Source: an uncultured Gammaproteobacteria bacterium
GTDB lineage: Bacteria > Pseudomonadota > Gammaproteobacteria > Steroidobacterales > Rariloculaceae
Assembly (NCBI GenBank): GCA_964384125.1
Contig: CAYLKA010000003.1
Location: 548-64,547 of the forward strand
Direction: 5' to 3'
Length of the DNA: 64,000 nt
The notes under the pieces are model-generated. The model saw only the letters and a program-made list of their open reading frames with translations, was not told the origin of the DNA and made no database searches. Positions 29,469 to 38,782 of this stretch are shown in pieces (position 1 is the stretch's first letter; each line of letters opens with the position of its first letter). Position numbers and translations under genes: made by a program.

Positions 29469-30008
29469 TTACGGATAGGCCAAAATAAAACTCTCCTGAT
29501 TAGGCATCTGAACTTCCGGCAACGTGTGAGCATCTATGGTTTCGTTTTCCTCAACGATGCCATTCAAAAAAAGAATGTAGGCCGTCAATGCGTATACTTC
29601 GTCGTTTGTGAGGGACTGCGGCTGAAGATACGGCATGGCCCGACGAATGTAGTCGAAGACCGTAGTCGCGAAAGGCCAATAGCTGCCCACGGTTTTGATA
29701 GGCGCGACCTGATCAAGCGACCCATGCCCGCCCGCCAATCGATCATTCGGCTGCCCGCTACCCTCGGCACCGTGACATACAAGGCATTGGATCGCGTAGA
29801 TGCTAGCACCTACGCTTGCGGTCCCGGATCCAGCAGGGAGCCCAGTGCCGTCGGGGCTAATACTAATATCCCAGGCCGCAATCTCCTCGGCGCTGGCCTC
29901 CACTCCGAGGTCCGGGCCTTCCTGAGCCTGCACCTTCCCGAAAGCGAGGACGGCGACCAGTGCGAGCGCTGCTTCTCGGCTAAGCATAGGTATGCACGGC
30001 TTGCCCAT
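29469..30008 (-). CDS. exported monoheme c-type cytochrome (SorB/SoxD-like partner)
   Basis: Signal peptide and a single CLVCHG haem site. It overlaps the 3' end of the molybdoenzyme gene. An alternative start at 29987 would shorten the overlap. Confidence 0.75.
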   Translation of the reverse strand: MGKPCIPMLSREAALALVAVLAFGKVQAQEGPDLGVEASAEEIAAWDISISPDGTGLPAGSGTASVGASIYAIQCLVCHGAEGSGQPNDRLAGGHGSLDQVAPIKTVGSYWPFATTVFDYIRRAMPYLQPQSLTNDEVYALTAYILFLNGIVEENETIDAHTLPEVQMPNQESFILAYP

Positions 30009-31269
30009 CAGCTTCGATGCTCCAAGCCTGGATGCCGTTGTAGTGATAGGCGAATTTCATTCCCTTCTCTGCGATAACAGCGTCGCGTGTCGGTTGAACT
30101 GCGCCGGTCTCATCCACAGCCCGACTCATGATAACGGCAGGCGCGCCATCCCATCGCCAGGCCATACGGAACCGCGCGAGTGCTTTGTCGAGGACAGGCT
30201 CCGCCATTGCCGCCTCACCCCAGGTCCTACCACCGTCGGCCGAAACCTCAACGCGAGCGATCCTACCAGCACCGGACCATGCGATCCCGGAGATCTCGTA
30301 GAGCCCCGGACCTTGCAAGAGAAGTCCCGGCGAGGGTGAGGTGATGACCGATTTAACCTCCATGGGAAAGGTGAACATCATCGACGTCCCATCAGCTAGC
30401 AGATCTGAGTACTTTGACGTCTCATCTTTGGTCATCGTAGGCCCTGCGGTGACCTTAATCCGTCGTAGCCACTTAACGCTCATGTTGCCCTCGTAGCCCG
30501 GCAGAAAGAGCCGAATGGGATAGCCATTTTCCGGGCGAAGTCTCTCACCGTTCTGGTATAGAGCGATCATAGCGTCGTCCATCGCTTTGGCCATTGGGAC
30601 GCTGCGACTCATCGCCGCGGCGTCACTGCCCTCGGCAAGTATCCATCCGGCTTGTGGGTCTACGCCCGCCTCGTCCAACAGGACCGCTAACGGCACACCC
30701 GTCCACTCGCTACACGAGACTAGACCGTGTAACGAGCTACAGGTACCGGCGACCGGTTCCGGAATGAGTCCAGCGACCCGGCTGTTACCGGAGCACTCTA
30801 TGAACTGGATGCGTGAAATCATCGGGTAGCGCGTCAGCGCATCCATATCGAAGAACAAAGGCCGTTCGACCAACCCATGGATGAGCAGCCGGTGTGCCCC
30901 GGGGTCAATATCGGGTACGCCGCTGTGATGACGTTCGAAGTGCAATGCACTGGGCGTGATGATTCCCTCAAGATGCTCCAGTGGAGTACGGGAAGCCCCC
31001 GCACCATCAGTACCGGGCGCCGAACCTGTACTCCTTTGTATTCCTTCCTCGTACCGGGCACGGCTGCCATAAGAGCTCATGCCCATCCCGGGGGCACGCA
31101 TCCAGGGAGGTCGCGCCTGCCCCGTCTGAGCCTGAGCGGGTTGTGCCGCTAGGAGACCCAAGGTGCCCGCACTAAGGACTGCGCCGGTTTGTGCCAGAAA
31201 GAGACGCCGGTGCAGCAACCCGTTCCCAGCTACGAACTCTTCAAGGTTATTAGCTTTAGATTCTGACAT
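29980..31269 (-). CDS. sulfite-oxidase-family molybdopterin enzyme (SorA/SoxC-type sulfite dehydrogenase)
   Basis: Tat leader (LLHRRLFLAQTGAVLSAG) and the conserved Cys context FIECSGNS. 429 aa, followed by a cytochrome c gene. Confidence 0.8.
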   Translation of the reverse strand: MSESKANNLEEFVAGNGLLHRRLFLAQTGAVLSAGTLGLLAAQPAQAQTGQARPPWMRAPGMGMSSYGSRARYEEGIQRSTGSAPGTDGAGASRTPLEHLEGIITPSALHFERHHSGVPDIDPGAHRLLIHGLVERPLFFDMDALTRYPMISRIQFIECSGNSRVAGLIPEPVAGTCSSLHGLVSCSEWTGVPLAVLLDEAGVDPQAGWILAEGSDAAAMSRSVPMAKAMDDAMIALYQNGERLRPENGYPIRLFLPGYEGNMSVKWLRRIKVTAGPTMTKDETSKYSDLLADGTSMMFTFPMEVKSVITSPSPGLLLQGPGLYEISGIAWSGAGRIARVEVSADGGRTWGEAAMAEPVLDKALARFRMAWRWDGAPAVIMSRAVDETGAVQPTRDAVIAEKGMKFAYHYNGIQAWSIEADGQAVHTYA

Positions 31270-31401
31270 CGCTCCCTAGGCCCCCTCTTGGTTGGGAAGC
31301 TTTCCAGTACGCCTAGATTACCCAACTCCGGCGTTCAGGCATAGCGTCGTATACAGCGCGCAGACAAGAAAGCCCGCCACGTCTAACGCACTGGGGAGCC
31401 T

Positions 31402-32445
31402 TCAGGAGAACTCCCTCCGGCTCGATTCTTGAATGGTCTTATCCAGTCGCAAAATCTTAAGAAGAACAGCAACGCGCATCCACATACCATTGCGCTCCTG
31501 GCGCCAATACATCGCACGTGGATCGGAATCCACAAGAGGGTCTATTTCCACCCCCCGGGGCAAAGGATGCATGATGATGCCGTCAGGCTTAAGCATCTCG
31601 AGCTCGTCTATCCCGATGGAAAACCGCCCGATATCTACGTCACTTGATTCACCGGCGCTGTCCCATTCGGACTGCATACGCGTAACATAAAGCGCATCGA
31701 GGCTGGGCAACACTTCTCCTAGTCTCTCCGTCTCCGAAAACGGAATCCCCTGATCCTTGAGATGCTCCTTGACATCGTCCTCCATCGCAAACTGACCCGG
31801 GGCAATAAACACCAATCGCACATCGGTATAGTTCTTCATCAAGTAACAAAGCGAGCGCACGGTTCGACCACGCTTGAGGTCGCCCATCATGCCAATGACC
31901 TTGCCATCGATACCGCCGCGTTCGGAAAAGCTACGAGCCAGTGTATAGATGTCGAGCAGAGCTTGAGTGGGATGCTGATCACTGCCACTACCCGCATTGA
32001 TGATCGGTATGGGCCGGGCAATGGTATCCATTAGGCCAGCCGCATAGGCCGCACGGCCGGGCTGCCGGGAGCGCATGATGATGACATCGACGTATGAGCT
32101 AAACGTACGGATAGCATCCTCGAAACTCTCGCCCTTCACCTCGGACGAAGTCGACGGGTCTCGGATCTCGCTAGTGCGGATCCCGAGGAGATGACAGCTG
32201 TTATTGAAGGAAAGGAATGTCCGCGTTGAAGGCTGAGTGAAATACAGCATAGCGCGCCGATTGGGTGCTAGGTCCTGGAGAAATCGCGCACCGGCAGGTG
32301 ATTTCGCTATCGTCCTGACCCTAGTGGCCAGGTCACAGAGCTCGTCCAGAAGGGGACGCTCGAAGTCCCTTGGGTCAATGACATGGAATAAAGCCGTGTT
32401 GCCACGCGGCTGTTCTGGTGTCTCGCGAAGCGCTTCCCTCCTCAC
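31402..32445 (-). CDS. pyrB: aspartate carbamoyltransferase catalytic chain (long form)
   Basis: PSTRTFLSF, IIMRS, HPTQALLD, GDLKRGRTVRS, YVTRMQSE and HPLPR. Confidence 0.8.
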   Translation of the reverse strand: MRREALRETPEQPRGNTALFHVIDPRDFERPLLDELCDLATRVRTIAKSPAGARFLQDLAPNRRAMLYFTQPSTRTFLSFNNSCHLLGIRTSEIRDPSTSSEVKGESFEDAIRTFSSYVDVIIMRSRQPGRAAYAAGLMDTIARPIPIINAGSGSDQHPTQALLDIYTLARSFSERGGIDGKVIGMMGDLKRGRTVRSLCYLMKNYTDVRLVFIAPGQFAMEDDVKEHLKDQGIPFSETERLGEVLPSLDALYVTRMQSEWDSAGESSDVDIGRFSIGIDELEMLKPDGIIMHPLPRGVEIDPLVDSDPRAMYWRQERNGMWMRVAVLLKILRLDKTIQESSRREFS

Positions 32446-32552
32446 CCAGACTCCCTATTCATCAAGGCAAATAGGATACAGCGAAACGGCCTAGGATGGG
32501 TTGGCGGAATCTGTAAGGTCACGAGTGTTTGAGTTTAAATTCTCTATTTTCA

Positions 32553-32628
32553 TGGTGCCGGTGGACGGATTCGAACCGCCGACCCACGCATTACGAATGC
32601 GTTGCTCTACCGACTGAGCTACACCGGC
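32553..32628 (-). tRNA. tRNA-Thr (anticodon CGT)
   Basis: The reverse complement folds as a 76-nt cloverleaf. Acceptor GCCGGTG/CACCGGC, D arm GCTC/GAGC, anticodon stem ACGCA/TGCGT with loop TTCGTAA, T arm GGCGG/CCGTC with TTCGAAT. CCA is encoded. Confidence 0.9.
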
Positions 32629-32897
32629 TTTGGCGGGTTGGCCTTGTATTATCAGACACTTAGGTTTCTTTTTCTAGGGCCGCAGAATTTCAATACTACT
32701 AGGGGCCAAAGAATTGGGTAAGCTTCTTTGATTAGATTTTAGGTATTCTTCATGCAAGTGGAAACGACTTCTGCGTAAGCTAACCATGCGAATAAAGAAA
32801 AAGGCACTGGGATCTCGCACACAGCCTAAATTAACTCCGAAGGTATACCTTGTAAGCTACTTTTCTATTTTCACGCATCTGACAGAAGCAGCAGCCA

Positions 32898-33581
32898 ATG
32901 TCCCAAAGTAAGTCAGTTGCTGTAGAGGTTCGCCTAAGTCTATTCCTAGCGTTTGGCGCTGCCATCCAGGCACAAGAACCCGGCATGCTGGACCGCCTCG
33001 ACACACTGGACCGCCTCGACACAGAGGTGCCGGTGACTTACTTCATCTCGGAGGGCGCTGCCGACTCGGGCTACCGCGACAGTGACCAAGAGCTCGCAAT
33101 ATGGGCCCTGGAGGCGTGGGAACGCAATGCGAACGGTACCCTGCGCTTCGTTCCCGGCCCCGAATCAACCGCGCTACTACGCGTGTACTGGGTACCACCC
33201 GGCACGGGCCAGTACGGTGAGATGCGCCCATTACTCGTCGACGGACGCCGGGGAGCGGAGGTCTTCATCCGACCGAATACTGATGCGCTCGGTCAGGAAA
33301 TCGGACAACGCGCACGGACTGATTCGCTATTTAGGGATACAGTCGTCTATCTCACTTGTCTTCACGAGCTCGGCCATGCGCTCGGCCTCAGCCACACCTC
33401 GAACTACACTGACATCATGTATTTCTTCGGATTCGGCGGAGATATTCCTGGATTCTTCGAACGGTACCGTAATCAACTGCAATCCAGACAGGACATCGCT
33501 AATTTCGCCGGCCTCTCGAACGGAGATCTCCAGCGTCTGGAAGCACTGTATTCTTCCACACTGGCCGGCGGCGGGGACTAG
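32898..33581 (+). CDS. exported metzincin (matrixin/M10-like) zinc metalloprotease
   Basis: Signal peptide, complete HELGHALGLSH zinc motif, and a downstream Met-turn candidate (TDIMYF). Confidence 0.65.
   Translation: MSQSKSVAVEVRLSLFLAFGAAIQAQEPGMLDRLDTLDRLDTEVPVTYFISEGAADSGYRDSDQELAIWALEAWERNANGTLRFVPGPESTALLRVYWVPPGTGQYGEMRPLLVDGRRGAEVFIRPNTDALGQEIGQRARTDSLFRDTVVYLTCLHELGHALGLSHTSNYTDIMYFFGFGGDIPGFFERYRNQLQSRQDIANFAGLSNGDLQRLEALYSSTLAGGGD
32988..33023 (+). repeat. perfect 18-bp tandem duplication inside the metalloprotease gene
   Basis: ctggaccgcctcgacaca occurs twice back to back (32988-33005 and 33006-33023). It is in frame and encodes LDRLDT-LDRLDT. Confidence 0.95.
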
Positions 33582-33584
33582 CTA

Positions 33585-33992
33585 TCAATCGCGCGAATCG
33601 CGCACTCGAATGACTACCTCCACACCGGCACGTTCTGTGCCTTCCGGTAGCGGCATCTTGATCTGCAGATCGATCGCGTTGGGATCGATGTCCGTCAGCT
33701 CACGGGTATCAACATTATAGAAATGATGGTGCGGCTCGATGGTGGGATCGTAGTATTGTCTTGATGGATCGACATGCACGGTTCGCAGAAGACCTCGCTC
33801 ACAGAACAGGTTCAGCGTGTTGTAGACCGTTGCCTTCGAGGCTTTCGAGCCCCTCTCCCGGATGCGCGCAATGATCTGATCGGCGGACGCGTGTTGCGGC
33901 GAGCTGAGAATGACCTCCCCCACGTCGAGTCGCTGAGCGGTGGGTAAGACACCGTAGCGCTCTAGTCGTTGTGCAATTTCATCCCGGGTCAC
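33585..33992 (-). CDS. Fur-family regulator of the Irr type
   Basis: 135 aa. KATVYNTLNLFCERGLLR, HHH motif (EPHHHFYNV) and a C-terminus KMPLPEGTERAGVEVVIRVR closely parallel Bradyrhizobium Irr as recalled. No CxxC pairs. Confidence 0.75.
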   Translation of the reverse strand: MTRDEIAQRLERYGVLPTAQRLDVGEVILSSPQHASADQIIARIRERGSKASKATVYNTLNLFCERGLLRTVHVDPSRQYYDPTIEPHHHFYNVDTRELTDIDPNAIDLQIKMPLPEGTERAGVEVVIRVRDSRD

Positions 33993-34296
33993 GACTGTAC
34001 GCCCTTATAAATCAGTGACTTGTGGAGTATACCTCCCACGCACCACGGTTGACAACGATGAAATGCTAGCGACAGGCACCTATCGCTCAAGGAGAACGAG
34101 CCCAAAGGCTCTTTTCGCTCATGTTTTCATAAACATACGCAACATTCTGCTCCACCGATCTAGACTTCGGACTGGGCAGCCTGAACGCTCAGTTTGGGAG
34201 GCTGAATAGCGGGGCAGTGTCGAAGACTCGCACCGCACGACCCGCATCAATTCTTTCGTGGTTGTTATCCGAGTTCAAATTTAGCTCGCTGTGGCA

Positions 34297-35004
34297 TCAG
34301 GTCTTATCGACCGTTTGTTCACGATGGATCAGGGAGTCCAAAATCAGGAAAGCCGCGCCAACGGTGATGGCGGAATCGGCCACATTGAAGGTTGGGAAAT
34401 ACCACTGATGGTAGTGCACCCGGATGAAATCAATGACGTGCCCCCAAAGCATTCGGTCAATGACGTTTCCCAGCGCCCCACCCATGATCAAGGCAAGCGC
34501 CGCAGCCAGCAGGTGTTGCCCGCGAGCCGGCAAACGTCTTAGCCAAACGAAGATTCCGACGCTCACCGTAATCCCAAGACCGGTAAACATCCATCGCTGC
34601 CACCCCGACGCATCACTGAGAAAACTAAAGGCCGCACCGGTATTGTGGAGACGCATAAAATCGAGCATGGGCAGCAGTGTGACAGAATCGAATTCGTCAA
34701 AGCTGGACACAATCAAAAACTTGGTCCATTGATCAACAGCAATCACTGCCAGCGCCAACCATAACCAGGCGGACGCCCCGGCATCGCGAGAGAACCAAGA
34801 CCGGCCAGTGCCAATCCTAGGACTTGTAGAGTAGGCATTGCGAGCCCCCTCATCGGCATCCGCCTTCTTATCGGCTTTTTTCTTTGCAGTCTTTATCTTT
34901 GAAACTTTTTTCTTTGCAGTTTTTTTCTTCGAGGTTTTTTTCTTGGTAGCCTTGCTTTTAGCGGCAGTTTTCCTGGCAACCTTCTTCGTCTTCGACGAAT
35001 TCAC
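34297..35004 (-). CDS. lspA: lipoprotein signal peptidase II with Lys-rich N-terminal extension
   Basis: LspA core present ([36 protein letters not shown]). The only in-frame start upstream of TM1 is GTG 35004, which overlaps the ileS stop (GTGA). Confidence 0.85.
   Translation of the reverse strand: MNSSKTKKVARKTAAKSKATKKKTSKKKTAKKKVSKIKTAKKKADKKADADEGARNAYSTSPRIGTGRSWFSRDAGASAWLWLALAVIAVDQWTKFLIVSSFDEFDSVTLLPMLDFMRLHNTGAAFSFLSDASGWQRWMFTGLGITVSVGIFVWLRRLPARGQHLLAAALALIMGGALGNVIDRMLWGHVIDFIRVHYHQWYFPTFNVADSAITVGAAFLILDSLIHREQTVDKT
34875..34920. repeat. 16-nt direct repeat spaced 30 nt within the Lys-rich lspA 5' region
   Basis: cttttttctttgcagt occurs at 34875-34890 and again at 34905-34920, within homopolymer-rich T/A tracts. 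Confidence 0.9.
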
Positions 35005-37814
35005 ACGTACACCCTCGTTTCTCCCGATCCTGCCACGTTGTTCACGCAGCGACCGCAGAGACCAGGATGCTCAGCATTACAACCAACGTCACTGCGACGG
35101 TGCCAACACCGAACACATTTCTCCACCTCGCTGCGTGCTAGCGTGAGCCAGAACGGGGCGGTCTCCGTACCAGCTGCAACGGCACTTTCGGGGCGTTCGG
35201 ACTCAGCATGAACCCGTGCCTCCGAGGTGATGAAGACAAACCGCAGCTCATCACCAAGTTGCGATAGCGTCGACGCCAAGGGTGTTGGGCAGAACAGATC
35301 AACCCGAGCATCCAACGGCGCACCGATGTCACCAGCTACGCGCAGTTGCTCCAGTTCCTTGGACACGGCCTGACGAACCTCGAGGATGCTGTCCCAGTCG
35401 ACAGCCGTGTTTCCATCCATCTCGGGAAATGTATGCCAGGTGCTTAGGAAAACCGAATCTCCCCGCTCGCCGGGAAGTGCCTGCCAGATCTCCTCTGCCG
35501 TGAAGCTAACGATCGGCGCCAACCACCGCACCATGGCTTCAGCGATGTGATACATGGCAGTTTGGGCAGAGCGACGTGCAAGGCTGCCGGCCGGCGTAGT
35601 GTAGAGGCGATCCTTGATGACATCGAGATAGAAGCCACCCATTTCGATCACGCAGAAATTATGAACCTTGTGATAAATATGGTGAAACTCATATCCTTCA
35701 TATGCTCGAACAACGTCTCCTTGGAGAGCCTCGGCCCGGTCGAGCGCCCACTGATCCAAGGAGATCAATTCCGAGCGCGGGACATCGTGCTCTCCGGGTT
35801 CAAACCCAGATAGATTTCCCAGTAGAAACCGCTGCGTATTCCGTAACCGCCTGTACGCGTCAGAAACCCGCTTCAGAATTTCGTCGGAAACGCTCATCTC
35901 GGCCCGATAATCCGTGGCGGCGACCCAAAGTCGAAGAATGTCCGCGCCTAGTGTCTTGTAGACTTTCTTCGGTTCAATAACGTTACCGAGAGACTTTGAC
36001 ATCTTGTGGCCATGCTCATCCACGGTGAAACCGTGCGTAAGCACTCCCTTGTACGGGGCACGGTCGTACATACCCACAGCCGTCAACAGGCTAGACTGGA
36101 ACCAGCCACGGTGTTGATCAGAACCCTCTAGATAAAGGTCCGCCGGCAGCGAAACCTCCTCTCGAAGCGTCCCAACAACATGGTGGCTGAACCCGGAGTC
36201 GAGCCAAACATCCATGACGTCATTTACCTTGTCATAGGCATCTGCCTCATCCCCAAGTAGCTGGCGAGAATCCAGCTCGAACCATGCATCGATACCGTGA
36301 TCTTCCACCTGATCCGCAGCCTTGAGCGCCAGCTCCGCCGAGTTCGGGTGCATCTCGCCGGTTTCCTTATGCACGAACAGCGGTATCGGCACCCCCCAGG
36401 TGCGTTGGCGGGAGATACACCAGTCTGGACGGTTATCGACCATGCTCCGGATTCGTTCCTCGCCCCACTCGGGCGTCCAGGCCACATCGGTTGAAGCTGC
36501 CAACGCCTTTTCCCTGAGTCCGCCTTTTTCCATTCCAATAAACCATTGCGGCGTAGCCCTGAAGATGACCGCTGTCTTGTGCCGCCAGCAATGCGGGTAA
36601 CTGTGGGTAACAGGTTCGGCGTGCAATAGGGCGCTGTGCTCTTCCAGGAGCTTAACGATGTGTTTATTAGCGGGATTGATATGCTCGCCCGCAAGTAGCG
36701 GCGTATTCGCTAGATACTTCCCATCACCCCCGACGAGGCAATCCAGAGGCAGCTCATACTCTACCCCCAGCGCGAAGTCCTCGTGACCATGACCAGGGGC
36801 GGTATGCACCGCGCCGGTGCCCGCTTCGGTCGTGACGTGCTCACCAAGCACAACCGGAATGACACGATCATAAAAGGGGTGACGGAGTTCGAGACCCTCA
36901 AAAACCCGGCCTAGCCCAGTAGCGAGCACGTTCGGATCATCCAAGTCATAGCGAGCTGCCACACCGCTCAACATGTCGCTCGCTACCAGGAGAAACTCTC
37001 TGCCACGATCGAGGTTTGCCTCGATCAGGCTGTAGTCAAGCACCGCGTTCAAAGCAACGGCCCGGTTACCCGGTAATGTCCATGGCGTAGTCGTCCAGAT
37101 GGGTATAGACACCGGCCCGTCGGGCGACCCTATTCCGAGCCGGGAGCCGAGCTCTGGTTTATCGTTTACGGGAAATCTCACATCGATCGCGTCGGAACGC
37201 TTGTCCTGGTACTCCACCTCAGCTTCAGCCAAAGCAGAGCGGCAATCGAGGCACCAGTGCACAGGTTTGTATCCCCGGTAGATCAGCTTGCGCTCGAGGA
37301 GAATCGAGAAACCACGCAGTTGTTCCGCCTCGTAACGGGAATCCATCGTGATATAGGGCTGATCCCAGTCACCGAGCGCGCCAAGTCGCTTGAGGTCTGC
37401 GCGCTGTCGCTCGACCTGTGTGGTCGCATACTCTCGGCAGGCTTTCCGGAAGTCTCTCGCACTCAGTTTATCGAGGGCTTTACCCTGCTTTCGTTCTACT
37501 TGGTGTTCGATTGGCAGACCGTGGCAATCCCAACCTGGAACGTACGGCGCATCGAATCCGGCCAGAGTACGCGCCTTGACAACGATGTCCTTCAACACCT
37601 GATTGAGAGCGTGGCCTAGATGGATATCCCCATTTGCATAGGGAGGGCCGTCATGCAGAACGAATCGTGGCCTACCTTTCGCAACTTGGCGGATCTGTCC
37701 ATAGATGCCCTGCTGCTCCCAAAGGTCCAGCATGGCGGGTTCACGTTGAGCTAGATTGCCTCGCATCGGAAAACTCGTGCTCGGCAGGTTCAGCGTATCT
37801 TTATAGTCAGCCAT
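35001..37814 (-). CDS. ileS: isoleucine--tRNA ligase
   Basis: 937 aa. HIGH-type motif ([11 protein letters not shown]), KMSKS, and a C-terminal Cys cluster (CVRCWHR...CGRC). Confidence 0.95.
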   Translation of the reverse strand: MADYKDTLNLPSTSFPMRGNLAQREPAMLDLWEQQGIYGQIRQVAKGRPRFVLHDGPPYANGDIHLGHALNQVLKDIVVKARTLAGFDAPYVPGWDCHGLPIEHQVERKQGKALDKLSARDFRKACREYATTQVERQRADLKRLGALGDWDQPYITMDSRYEAEQLRGFSILLERKLIYRGYKPVHWCLDCRSALAEAEVEYQDKRSDAIDVRFPVNDKPELGSRLGIGSPDGPVSIPIWTTTPWTLPGNRAVALNAVLDYSLIEANLDRGREFLLVASDMLSGVAARYDLDDPNVLATGLGRVFEGLELRHPFYDRVIPVVLGEHVTTEAGTGAVHTAPGHGHEDFALGVEYELPLDCLVGGDGKYLANTPLLAGEHINPANKHIVKLLEEHSALLHAEPVTHSYPHCWRHKTAVIFRATPQWFIGMEKGGLREKALAASTDVAWTPEWGEERIRSMVDNRPDWCISRQRTWGVPIPLFVHKETGEMHPNSAELALKAADQVEDHGIDAWFELDSRQLLGDEADAYDKVNDVMDVWLDSGFSHHVVGTLREEVSLPADLYLEGSDQHRGWFQSSLLTAVGMYDRAPYKGVLTHGFTVDEHGHKMSKSLGNVIEPKKVYKTLGADILRLWVAATDYRAEMSVSDEILKRVSDAYRRLRNTQRFLLGNLSGFEPGEHDVPRSELISLDQWALDRAEALQGDVVRAYEGYEFHHIYHKVHNFCVIEMGGFYLDVIKDRLYTTPAGSLARRSAQTAMYHIAEAMVRWLAPIVSFTAEEIWQALPGERGDSVFLSTWHTFPEMDGNTAVDWDSILEVRQAVSKELEQLRVAGDIGAPLDARVDLFCPTPLASTLSQLGDELRFVFITSEARVHAESERPESAVAAGTETAPFWLTLARSEVEKCVRCWHRRSDVGCNAEHPGLCGRCVNNVAGSGETRVYV

Positions 37815-37819
37815 GCGCC

Positions 37820-38764
37820 TCAGGCCGCCAGCGCCGCTCGGGCGTCCGCTACATCTTTGTGCATCTGTGTTGTCATCGTCGCCAGATCGGAGTATTTGCG
37901 TTCTTCACGCAGACGCTCAACGAAATGGACCGTAATGTATTTTCCGTAAATGTCCTCATCGAAATCGAAAATAAAGACTTCCAGTAGCGGAACCACACCA
38001 CCAACAGTGGGTCGTGTCCCAACGCTAGCCACCCCGTCCAACGGCTCCCCGGCGAGGCCTGTGACTCGGGCGGCGAAGATACCATCCACGGGCGTTCTAC
38101 GTCGGTTAAGACTGACGTTCGCAGTTGGGAAACCTAACTGCTTACCCAGGCCGATTCCCCGCACGACGCGCCCAGACATAGAATATTCCCTTCCAAGCAT
38201 GGCGCCTGCCGTTTGTAGGTCGCCAACCTTCAGCGCTTCCCGAATGGCGGTACTACTCACCCGCCGACCCTCTTGATAGACCGCGGGCACCTCCGTTACG
38301 GCGAACCCATGGACGGCACCGGCTGCCTTGAGGTCGTTCGGTGTCCCCAGCCGTTTCGCCGCGAAACGAAAATCATGACCGACTACGACGTGGCAGGTAT
38401 TGAGTCCGGATACCAGAATATCCCCTATGAATGCCTCAGGAGACAGGTCTCGGAGACTATCGAACCGTGGACAGAAAAACTCGTCTACGCCAAGCCTACT
38501 TAGAAGCTCATACCGTTCCCTGAAACGAGTTAGCCTGGCTGCCGGCTGCTCTGGGGAGAAAAACTCTCTGGGCGTCGGCTCAAACGACAACACCACGGTC
38601 GACGCGCAAACTTGCTCTGCTTGCGCTCTAAGTTGGCGCAAGATCTCCTGGTGACCGATGTGAATCCCATCATAGGCTCCCACAGTCACTGCCCGTACTT
38701 TCGCAGTTGACTTTTTTAGCTGTGAGAGGTGGCGGTAGAACTGCATGATTGAATCAGCACACAT
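37820..38764 (-). CDS. ribF: bifunctional riboflavin kinase / FMN adenylyltransferase
   Basis: [14 protein letters not shown] at the N-terminus and LGFPTANV in the kinase domain. ribF-ileS-lspA synteny. Confidence 0.9.
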   Translation of the reverse strand: MCADSIMQFYRHLSQLKKSTAKVRAVTVGAYDGIHIGHQEILRQLRAQAEQVCASTVVLSFEPTPREFFSPEQPAARLTRFRERYELLSRLGVDEFFCPRFDSLRDLSPEAFIGDILVSGLNTCHVVVGHDFRFAAKRLGTPNDLKAAGAVHGFAVTEVPAVYQEGRRVSSTAIREALKVGDLQTAGAMLGREYSMSGRVVRGIGLGKQLGFPTANVSLNRRRTPVDGIFAARVTGLAGEPLDGVASVGTRPTVGGVVPLLEVFIFDFDEDIYGKYITVHFVERLREERKYSDLATMTTQMHKDVADARAALAA

Positions 38765-38782
38765 TAAAAAGCAGGATCGCGA

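Noticed and set aside
32446-32897. tRNA-Thr flanks as an integration hotspot or genomic-island boundary.
   Set aside because: No integrase gene on either side, and I found no second copy of the tRNA 3' end nearby. The neighbouring genes (pyrB, a metzincin) are not island-like.
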